A DNA stretch of 64,000 bases. It comes from Eledone cirrhosa. Lineage: Eukaryota. Location of the stretch: NCBI GenBank assembly GCA_964016885.1, contig OZ024757.1, positions 10,230,001 through 10,294,000 on the forward strand, in the 5' to 3' direction. Below, one piece after another: positions 51,601-61,945 of the stretch. The stretch's first letter is position 1. Each line of letters starts with the position of its first letter. The position numbers and the translations under genes are program-made. Below the pieces are notes generated by a model. That model had not been told where the DNA came from. It worked only from the letters and a program-made list of their open reading frames with translations, and ran no database searches.

Positions 51601-54600
51601 GTTAAGTTGGGGTTACCTTAAGTTGGGGTTAAGTTAAGTTGGGGTTAAGTTAAGTTGGGGTTAAGTTAAGTTGCGGTTAAGTTAAGTTAGGGGTAAGTCA
51701 AGTTGGGGTTAAATCAAGTTGGGTTTAAGTTAAGTTGGGGTTCAGTTAAGTTGGGGCTAATTTAAGTTGGGGTTAAGTTGGGGTTAAGTTAATTTGGGGT
51801 TTAGTTAAGTTGGGGTTAAGTTAAGTTGGGGGTAAGTTAAGTTAGGGGTAATTTAAGTTGGGGTTAAGTTAAGTTGGGGTTAAGGTAAGTTGGGGTTAAG
51901 TTAAGTTGGGGTTAAGTTAAGTTGGGGGTAAGTTAAGTTAGGGGTAAGTTACGTTGGGGTTAAGTTAAGTCGGGGTTAAGTTAAGTTGGGGATAAGTTAA
52001 GTTGGGGTTAATTTAAGTTGGGGTTAAGTTATGTTGGGGTTAAGGTAAGTTGGGGTTAAGTTAAGTTGGGGTTACGTTAAGTTGGGGTTACCTTAAGTTG
52101 GGGTTAAGTTAAGTTGGGGTTAAGTTAAGTTGGGATTAAGTCAAGTTGGGGTTAAGTCAAGTTGGGGTTAAGTCAAGTTGGGATTAAGTCAAGTTTGGGT
52201 TAAGTTAAGTTGGGGTTAAGTTAAGTTGGGGTTAAGTTAAGTTGGGATTGAGTCAAGTTGGGGTTAAGTTAAGTTGGGGTTAAGTCAAGTTGGGGTTAAA
52301 TCAAGTTGGGTTTAAGTTAAGTTGGGGTTCAGTTAAGTTGGGGCTAAGTTACGTTGGGGTTAAGTTGGGGTTAAGTTAAGTTGGGGTTAAGTTAAGTTGG
52401 GGTTAAGTTAAGTTGGGGGTAAGTTAAGTTAGGGGTAATTTAAGTTGGGGTTAAGTTAAGTTGGGGTTAAGGTAAGTTGGGGTTAAGTTAAGTTGGGGTT
52501 AAGTTAAGTTGGGGTTAAGTTAAGTTGGGTTTAAGTTAAGTTGGGATTAAGTCAAGTTGGGGTTAAGTCAAGTTGGGGTTAAGTCAAGTTGGGGTTAATT
52601 CAAGTTGGGGTTAAGTCAAGTTGGGATTAAGTCAAGTTGGGGTTAAGTCAAGTTGGGGTTAAGTTAAGTTGGGGTTAAGTTAAGTTGGGGTTAAGTTAAG
52701 TTGGGTTTAAGTTAAGTTGGGGTTAAGTTAAGTAGGGGTTAAGTTAAGTTGGGGTTAAGTTGGGGTTAAGTTAAGTTGGGGTTAATTTAAGTTGGGGTTA
52801 AGTTAAGTTGGGGTTAAGGTAAGTTGGGGTTAAGTTAAGTTGGGGTTAAGTTAAGTTGGGGTTACGTTAAGTTGGGGTTAAGTTAAGTTGGGGTTAAGTT
52901 AAGTTGGGTTTAAGTTAAGTTGGGATTAAGTCAAGTTGGGGTTAAGTCAAGTTGGGGTTAAGTCAAGTTGGGGTTAAGTCAAGTTTGGGTTAAGTTAAGT
53001 TGGGGTTAAGTTAAGTTGGGGTTAAGTTAAGTGGGGGTTAAGTTAACTTGGGGTTAAGTTAAGTTGGGGCTAATTTAAGTTGGTGTTAATTTAAGTTGGG
53101 GTTAAGTTAAGTTGGGGTTAAGTTAAGTTGGGGTTAAATTAAGCTGGGGTTAACTTAAGTAGGGGTTAAGTTAAGTTGGGTTAAGTTGGGATTAACTTAA
53201 GTTTGGGTTAAGTTAAGTTGGGGTTAAGTTAAGTTCGGATTGAGTCAAGTGTGGGGTTAAGTCAAGTTGGGGTTAAGTCAAGTTGGGTTTAAGTTAAGTT
53301 GGGGTTAAGTTAAGTTGGGGTTAAGTTAAGTTGGTGTTAAGTTAAGTTGGGGTTAAGTTAAGTTGGGGTTAAGTCAAGTTGGGGTTAAGTCAAGTTGGGG
53401 TTAAGTTAAGTTGGGGTTAAGTTAAGTTGGGGTTAAGTTAAGTTGGGGGTAAGTTAATTAAGTCGGGGGTAATTTAAGTTGGGGGTAAGTTAAGCTGGGG
53501 TTAAGTTAAGTTGGGGTTAAGTTAAGTTGGGGTTAAGTTAAGTAGGGGTTAAGTTAAGTTGGGGTTAAGTTGGGGTTAAGTTAAGTTGGGGTTAAGTTAA
53601 TTTGGGGTTAAGTTAAGTTGGGGTTAAGTTAAGTTGGGGTTAAGTTAAGTTGGGGGTAAGTTAAGTTAGGGGTAAGTTAAGTTGGGGTTAAGTTAAGTTG
53701 GGGTTAAGTTAAGTTGGGGATAAGTTAAGTTGGGGTTAATTTAAGTTGGGGTTAAGTTAAGTTGGGGTTAAGGTAAGTTGGGGTTAAGTTAAGTTGGGGT
53801 TAAGTTAAGTTGGGGTTAAGTTAAGTTGGGGTTAAGTTAAGTTGGGGTTAATTTAAGTTGGGATTGAGTCAAGTTGGGGTTAAGTTAAGTTGGGGTTAAG
53901 TCAAGTTGGGGTTAAATCAAGTTGGGTTTAAGTTAAGTTGGGGTTCAGTTAAGTTGGGGCTAAGTTAAGTTGGGGTTAAGTTGGGGTTAAGTTAAGTTGG
54001 GGTTAAGTTAAGTTGGGGTTAAGTTAAGTTGGGGGTAAGTTAAGTTAGGGGTAATTTAAGTTGGGGTTAAGTTAAGTTGGGGTTAAGGTAAGTTGGGGTT
54101 AAGTTAAGTTGGGGTTAAGTTAAGTTGGGGTTAAGTTAAGTTGGGTTTAAGTTAAGTTGGGATTAAGTCAAGTTGGGGTTAATTCAAGTTGGGGTTAAGT
54201 CAAGTTGGGGTTAATTCAAGTTGGGGTTAAGTCAAGTTGGGATTAAGTCAAGTTGGGGTTAAGTCAAGTTGGGGTTAAGTTAAGTTGGGGTTAAGTTAAG
54301 TTGGGGTTAAGTTAAGTTGGGTTTAAGTTAAGTTGGGGTTAAGTTAAGTAGGGGTTAAGTTAAGTTGGGGTTAAGTTGGGGTTAAGTTAAGTTGGGGTTA
54401 AGTTAAGTTGGGTTAAGTTAAGTTGGGGTTAATTAAGTTGGGGGTAAGTTAAGTTAGGGGTAAGTTAAGTTGGGGTTAATTTAAGTTGGGGTTAAGTTAA
54501 GTTGGGGTTAAGTTAAGTTGGGGTTAATTTAAGTTGGGGTTAAGTTAAGTTGGGGTTAAGGTAAGTTGGGGTTAAGTTAAGTTGGGGTTAAGTTAAGTTG

Positions 54601-57600
54601 GGGTTACGTTAAGTTGGGGTTAAGTTAAGTTGGGGTTAAGTTAAGTTGGGATTAAGTCAAGTTGGTGTTAAGTCAAGTTGGGGTTAAGTCAAGTTGGGGT
54701 TAAGTCAAGTTGGGGTTAAGTCAAGTTTGGGTTAAGTTAAGTTGGGGTTAAGTTAAGTTGGGGTTAAGTTAAGTGGGGGTTAAGTTAACTTGGGGTTAAG
54801 TTAAGTTGGGGCTAATTTAAGTTGGTGTTAATTTAAGTTGGGGTTAAGTTAAGTTGGGGTTAAGTTAAGTTGGGGTTAAATTAAGCTGGGGTTAACTTAA
54901 GTAGGGGTTAAGTTAAGTTGGGTTAAGTTGGGATTAACTTAAGTTTGGGTTAAGTTAAGTTGGGGTTAAGTTAAGTTCGGATTGAGTCAAGTGTGGGGTT
55001 AAGTCAAGTTGGGGTTAAGTTAAGTCGGGGTTAAGTTAAGTTGGGGATAATTTAAGTTGGGGTTAATTTAAGTTGGGGTTAAGTTATGTTGGGGTTAAGG
55101 TAAGTTGGGGTTAAGTTAAGTTGGGGTTAAGTTAAGTTGGGGTTACCTTAAGTTGGGGTTAAGTTAAGTTGGGGTTAAGTTAAGTTGCGGTTAAGTTAAG
55201 TTAGGGGTAAGTCAAGTTGGGGTTAAATCAAGTTGGGTTTAAGTTAAGTTGGGGTTCAGTTAAGTTGGGGCTAATTTAAGTTGGGGTTAAGTTGGGGTTA
55301 AGTTAATTTGGGGTTTAGTTAAGTTGGGGTTAAGTTAAGTTGGGGGTAAGTTAAGTTAGGGGTAATTTAAGTTGGGGTTAAGTTAAGTTGGGGTTAAGGT
55401 AAGTTGGGGTTAAGTTAAGTTGGGGTTAAGTTAAGTTGGGGGTAAGTTAAGTTAGGGGTAAGTTACGTTGGGGTTAAGTTAAGTCGGGGTTAAGTTAAGT
55501 TGGGGATAAGTTAAGTTGGGGTTAATTTAAGTTGGGGTTAAGTTATGTTGGGGTTAAGGTAAGTTGGGGTTAAGTTAAGTTGGGGTTACGTTAAGTTGGG
55601 GTTACCTTAAGTTGGGGTTAAGTTAAGTTGGGGTTAAGTTAAGTTGGGATTAAGTCAAGTTGGGGTTAAGTCAAGTTGGGGTTAAGTCAAGTTGGGATTA
55701 AGTCAAGTTTGGGTTAAGTTAAGTTGGGGTTAAGTTAAGTTGGGGTTAAGTTAAGTTGGGATTGAGTCAAGTTGGGGTTAAGTTAAGTTGGGGTTAAGTC
55801 AAGTTGGGGTTAAATCAAGTTGGGTTTAAGTTAAGTTGGGGTTCAGTTAAGTTGGGGCTAAGTTACGTTGGGGTTAAGTTGGGGTTAAGTTAAGTTGGGG
55901 TTAAGTTAAGTTGGGGTTAAGTTAAGTTGGGGGTAAGTTAAGTTAGGGGTAATTTAAGTTGGGGTTAAGTTAAGTTGGGGTTAAGGTAAGTTGGGGTTAA
56001 GTTAAGTTGGGGTTAAGTTAAGTTGGGGTTAAGTTAAGTTGGGTTTAAGTTAAGTTGGGATTAAGTCAAGTTGGGGTTAAGTCAAGTTGGGGTTAAGTCA
56101 AGTTGGGGTTAATTCAAGTTGGGGTTAAGTCAAGTTGGGATTAAGTCAAGTTGGGGTTAAGTCAAGTTGGGGTTAAGTTAAGTTGGGGTTAAGTTAAGTT
56201 GGGGTTAAGTTAAGTTGGGTTTAAGTTAAGTTGGGGTTAAGTTAAGTAGGGGTTAAGTTAAGTTGGGGTTAAGTTGGGGTTAAGTTAAGTTGGGGTTAAG
56301 TTAAGTTGGGTTAAGTTAAGTTGGGGTTAATTAAGTTGGGGGTAAGTTAAGTTAGGGGTAAGTTAAGTTGGGGTTAATTTAAGTTGGGGTTAAGTTAAGT
56401 TGGGGTTAAGTTAAGTTGGGGTTAAGTTAAGTTGGGGGTAATTTAAGTTGGGGTTAAGTTAAGTTGGGGTTAAGGTAAGTTGGGGTTAAGTTAAGTTGGG
56501 GTTAAGTTAAGTTGGGGTTACGTTAAGTTGGGGTTAAGTTAAGTTGGGGTTAAGTTAAGTTGGGATTAAGTCAAGTTGGTGTTAAGTCAAGTTGGGGTTA
56601 AGTCAAGTTGGGGTTAAGTCAAGTTGGGGTTAAGTCAAGTTTGGGTTAAGTTAAGTTGGGGTTAAGTTAAGTTGGGGTTAAGTTAAGTGGGGGTTAAGTT
56701 AACTTGGGGTTAAGTTAAGTTGGGGCTAATTTAAGTTGGTGTTAATTTAAGTTGGGGTTAAGTTAAGTTGGGGTTAAGTTAAGTTGGGGTTAAATTAAGC
56801 TGGGGTTAACTTAAGTAGGGGTTAAGTTAAGTTGGGTTAAGTTGGGATTAACTTAAGTTTGGGTTAAGTTAAGTTGGGGTTAAGTTAAGTTCGGATTGAG
56901 TCAAGTGTGGGGTTAAGTCAAGTTGGGGTTAAGTCAAGTTGGGTTTAAGTTAAGTTGGGGTTAAGTTAAGTTGGGGTTAAGTTAAGTTGGTGTTAAGTTA
57001 AGTTGGGGTTAAGTTAAGTTGGGGTTAAGTTAATATGGGGTTAAGTTAAGTTGGGGTTAAGTTAAGTTGGGGTTAAGTCAAGTTGGGGTTAAGTCAAGTT
57101 GGGGTTAAGTTAAGTTGGGGTTAAGTTAAGTTGGGGTTAAGTTAAGTTGGGGGTAAGTTAATTAAGTCGGGGGTAATTTAAGTTGGGGGTAAGTTAAGCT
57201 GGGGTTAAGTTAAGTTGGGGTTAAGTTAAGTTGGGGTTAAGTTAAGTAGGGGTTAAGTTAAGTTGGGGTTAAGTTGGGGTTAAGTTAAGTTGGGGTTAAG
57301 TTAATTTGGGGTTAAGTTAAGTTGGGGTTAAGTTAAGTTGGGGTTAAGTTAAGTTGGGGGTAAGTTAAGTTAGGGGTAAGTTAAGTTGGGGTTAAGTTAA
57401 GTTGGGGTTAAGTTAAGTTGGGGATAAGTTAAGTTGGGGTTAATTTAAGTTGGGGTTAAGTTAAGTTGGGGTTAAGGTAAGTTGGGGTTAAGTTAAGTTG
57501 GGGTTAAGTTAAGTTGGGGTTAAGTTAAGTTGGGGTTAAGTTAAGTTGGGGTTAAGTTAAGTTGGGATTAAGTCAAGTTGGGGTTAAGTCAAGTTGGGGT

Positions 57601-60600
57601 TAAGTCAAGTTGGGGTTAAGTCAAGTTTGGGTTAAGTTAAGTTGGGGTTAAGTTAAGTTGGGGTTAAGTTAAGTTGGGGTAAGTTAAGTTGGAATTAAGT
57701 CAAGTTGGGGTTAAATCAAGTTGGGGTTAAGTCAAGTTGGGTTTAAGTTAAGTTGGGGTTCAGTTAAGTTGGGGCTAAGTTAAGTTGGGGTTAAGTTGGG
57801 GTTAAGTTAAGTTGGGGTTAAATCAAGTTGGGGTTAACTCAAGTTGGGGTTAAGTCAAGTTGGGGTTAAGTCAAGTTGGGATTAAGTCAAGTTGGGGTTA
57901 AGTCAAGTTGGGGTTAAGTTAAGTTGGGGTTAAGTTAAGTTGGGGTTAAGTTAAGTTAGGGTTAAATTAAGTTGGGGGTAAGTTAATTAAGTCGGGGGTA
58001 ATTTAAGTTGGGGGTAAGTTAAGCTGGGGTTAAGTTAAGTTGGGGTTAAGTTAAGTTGGGGTTAAGTTAAGTAGGGGTTAAGTTAAGTTGGGGTTAAGTT
58101 GGGGTTAAGTTAAGTTGGGGTTAAGTTAATTTGGGGTTAAGTTAAGTTGGGGTTAAGTTAAGTTGGGGTTAAGTTAAGTTGGGGATAAGTTAAGTTGGGG
58201 TTAATTCAAGTTGGGGTTAAGTCAAGTTGGGATTAAGTCAAGTTGGGGTTAAGTTAAGTAGGGGTTAAGTTAAGTTGGGGTTAAGTTGGGGTTAAGTTAA
58301 GTTGGGGTTAAGTTAAGTTGGGGTTAAGTTAAGTAGGGGTTAAGTTAAGTTGGGGTTAAGTTGGGGTTAAGTTAAGTTGGGGTTAAGGTAAGTTGGGGTT
58401 AAGTTAAGTTGGGGTTAAGTTAAGTTGGGGTTACGTTAAGTTGGGGTTAAGTTAAGTTGGGGTTAAGTTAAGTTGGGATTAAGTCAAGTTGGTGTTAAGT
58501 CAAGTTGGGGTTAAGTCAAGTTGGGGTTAAGTCAAGTTGGGGTTAAGTCAAGTTTGGGTTAAGTTAAGTTGGGGTTAAGTTAAGTTGGGGTTAAGTTAAG
58601 TGGGGGTTAAGTTAACTTGGGGTTAAGTTAAGTTGGGGCTAATTTAAGTTGGTGTTAATTTAAGTTGGGGTTAAGTTAAGTTGGGGTTAAGTTAAGTTGG
58701 GGTTAAATTAAGCTGGGGTTAACTTAAGTAGGGGTTAAGTTAAGTTGGGTTAAGTTGGGATTAACTTAAGTTTGGGTTAAGTTAAGTTGGGGTTAAGTTA
58801 AGTTCGGATTGAGTCAAGTGTGGGGTTAAGTCAAGTTGGGGTTAAGTTAAGTCGGGGTTAAGTTAAGTTGGGGATAATTTAAGTTGGGGTTAATTTAAGT
58901 TGGGGTTAAGTTATGTTGGGGTTAAGGTAAGTTGGGGTTAAGTTAAGTTGGGGTTAAGTTAAGTTGGGGTTACCTTAAGTTGGGGTTAAGTTAAGTTGGG
59001 GTTAAGTTAAGTTGGGGTTAAGTTAAGTTGGGGTTAAGTTAAGTTAGGGGTAAGTCAAGTTGGGGTTAAATCAAGTTGGGTTTAAGTTAAGTTGGGGTTC
59101 AGTTAAGTTGGGGCTAATTTAAGTTGGGGTTAAGTTGGGGTTAAGTTAATTTGGGGTTTAGTTAAGTTGGGGTTAAGTTAAGTTGGGGGTAAGTTAAGTT
59201 AGGGGTAATTTAAGTTGGGGTTAAGTTAAGTTGGGGTTAAGGTAAGTTGGGGTTAAGTTAAGTTGGGGTTAAGTTAAGTTGGGGGTAAGTTAAGTTAGGG
59301 GTAAGTTACGTTGGGGTTAAGTTAAGTCGGGGTTAAGTTAAGTTGGGGATAAGTTAAGTTGGGGTTAATTTAAGTTGGGGTTAAGTTATGTTGGGGTTAA
59401 GGTAAGTTGGGGTTAAGTTAAGTTGGGGTTACGTTAAGTTGGGGTTACCTTAAGTTGGGGTTAAGTTAAGTTGGGGTTAAGTTAAGTTGGGATTAAGTCA
59501 AGTTGGGGTTAAGTCAAGTTGGGGTTAAGTCAAGTTGGGATTAAGTCAAGTTTGGGTTAAGTTAAGTTGGGGTTAAGTTAAGTTGGGGTTAAGTTAAGTT
59601 GGGATTGAGTCAAGTTGGGGTTAAGTTAAGTTGGGGTTAAGTCAAGTTGGGGTTAAATCAAGTTGGGTTTAAGTTAAGTTGGGGTTCAGTTAAGTTGGGG
59701 CTAAGTTAAGTTGGGGTTAAGTTGGGGTTAAGTTAAGTTGGGGTTAAGTTAAGTTGGGGTTAAGTTAAGTTGGGGGTAAGTTAAGTTAGGGGTAATTTAA
59801 GTTGGGGTTAAGTTAAGTTGGGGTTAAGGTAAGTTGGGGTTAAGTTAAGTTGGGGTTAAGTTAAGTTGGGGTTAAGTTAAGTTGGGTTTAAGTTAAGTTG
59901 GGATTAAGTCAAGTTGGGGTTAAGTCAAGTTGGGGTTAAGTCAAGTTGGGGTTAATTCAAGTTGGGGTTAAGTCAAGTTGGGATTAAGTCAAGTTGGGGT
60001 TAAGTCAAGTTGGGGTTAAGTTAAGTTGGGGTTAAGTTAAGTTGGGGTTAAGTTAAGTTGGGTTTAAGTTAAGTTGGGGTTAAGTTAAGTAGGGGTTAAG
60101 TTAAGTTGGGGTTAAGTTGGGGTTAAGTTAAGTTGGGGTTAAGTTAAGTTGGGTTAAGTTAAGTTGGGGTTAATTAAGTTGGGGGTAAGTTAAGTTAGGG
60201 GTAAGTTAAGTTGGGGTTAATTTAAGTTGGGGTTAAGTTAAGTTGGGGTTAAGTTAAGTTGGGGTTAAGTTAAGTTGGGGTTAATTTAAGTTGGGGTTAA
60301 GTTAAGTTGGGGTTAAGGTAAGTTGGGGTTAAGTTAAGTTGGGGTTAAGTTAAGTTGGGGTTACGTTAAGTTGGGGTTAAGTTAAGTTGGGGTTAAGTTA
60401 AGTTGGGATTAAGTCAAGTTGGTGTTAAGTCAAGTTGGGGTTAAGTCAAGTTGGGGTTAAGTCAAGTTGGGGTTAAGTCAAGTTTGGGTTAAGTTAAGTT
60501 GGGGTTAAGTTAAGTTGGGGTTAAGTTAAGTGGGGGTTAAGTTAACTTGGGGTTAAGTTAAGTTGGGGCTAATTTAAGTTGGTGTTAATTTAAGTTGGGG

Positions 60601-61945
60601 TTAAGTTAAGTTGGGGTTAAGTTAAGTTGGGGTTAAATTAAGCTGGGGTTAACTTAAGTAGGGGTTAAGTTAAGTTGGGTTAAGTTGGGATTAACTTAAG
60701 TTTGGGTTAAGTTAAGTTGGGGTTAAGTTAAGTTCGGATTGAGTCAAGTGTGGGGTTAAGTCAAGTTGGGGTTAAGTCAAGTTGGGTTTAAGTTAAGTTG
60801 GGGTTAAGTTAAGTTGGGGTTAAGTTAAGTTGGTGTTAAGTTAAGTTGGGGTTAAGTTAAGTTGGGGATAAGTTAATATGGGGTTAAGTTAAGTTGGGGT
60901 TAAGTTAAGTTGGGGTTAAGTTAAGTTGGGGTTAAGTTAAGTTGGGGTTAAGTTAAGTTGGGGGTAAGTTAATTAAGTCGGGGGTAATTTAAGTTGGGGG
61001 TAAGTTAAGCTGGGGTTAAGTTAAGTTGGGGTTAAGTTAAGTTGGGGTTAAGTTAAGTAGGGGTTAAGTTAAGTTGGGGTTAAGTTGGGGTTAAGTTAAG
61101 TTGGGGTTAAGTTAATTTGGGGTTAAGTTAAGTTGGGGTTAAGTTAAGTTGGGGTTAAGTTAAGTTGGGGGTAATTTAAGTTAGGGGTAAGTTAAGTTGG
61201 GGTTAAGTTAAGTTGGGGTTAAGTTAAGTTGGGGATAAGTTAAGTTGGGGTTAAGTTAAGTTCGGATTGAGTCAAGTGTGGGGTTAAGTCAAGTTGGGGT
61301 TAAGTCAAGTTGGGTTTAAGTTAAGTTGGGGTTAAGGTAAGTTGGGGTTAAGTTAAGTTGGGGTTAAGTTAAGTTGGGGTTAAGTTAAGTTGGGGTTAAG
61401 TTAAGTTGGGGTTAAGTTAAGTTGGGATTAAGTCAAGTTGGGGTTAAGTCAAGTTGGGGTTAAGTTAATTTGGGGTTAAGTTAAGTTGGGGTAAGTTAAG
61501 TTGGAATTAAGTCAAGTTGGGGTTAAATCAAGTTGGGGTTAAGTCAAGTTGGGTTTAAGTTAAGTTGGGGTTCAGTTAAGTTGGGGCTAAGTTAAGTTGG
61601 GGTTAAGTTGGGGTTAAGTTAAGTTGGGGTTAAATCAAGTTGGGGTTAACTCAAGTTGGGGTTAAGTCAAGTTGGGGTTAAGTCAAGTTGGGATTAAGTC
61701 AAGTTGGGGTTAAGTCAAGTTGGGGTTAAGTTAAGTTGGGGTTAAGTTAAGTTGGGGTTAAGTTAAGTTGGGGTTAAATTAAGTTGGGGGTAAGTTAATT
61801 AAGTCGGGGGTAATTTAAGTTGGGGGTAAGTTAAGCTGGGGTTAAGTTAAGTTGGGGTTAAGTTAAGTTGGGGTTAAGTTAAGTAGGGGTTAAGTTAAGT
61901 TGGGGTTAAGTTGGGGTTAAGTTAAGTTGGGGTTAAGTTAATTTG
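48695..61945 (+). repeat. Sub-family B domain 2
   Basis: B variants from AGTAGGGG at 48701. The TTCGGATTGAGTCAAGTGTGGGG landmark occurs at 51446, 53234, 54976, 56890, 58803, 60733 and 61261. Confidence 0.9.
50400..61250 (+). repeat. Sub-family B higher-order repeat: ~1.75-1.93 kb units alternating as X/Y dimers (~3.5-3.8 kb)
   Basis: Landmark spacings are 1788, 1742, 1914, 1913 and 1930. The sequence following the landmark alternates between two types. The same pattern is seen at 37937, 39867 and 41657 (1930, 1790). Confidence 0.85.

Larger units (their letters stand above)
29030..55790 (+). repeat. Tandem segmental duplication of ~13.4 kb (copy 1 ~29030-42470, copy 2 ~42471-55790), each copy an A block plus a B block
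   Basis: Paired rare landmarks: GGAGTTACG 30360/43821, GGGGTTTTGT 33671/47148, AAGTTTGAATTAAC 34781/48386, A-to-B junction 35096/48701, TTCGGATTGAG 37937/51446, 39867/53234 and 41657/54976. Confidence 0.9.
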
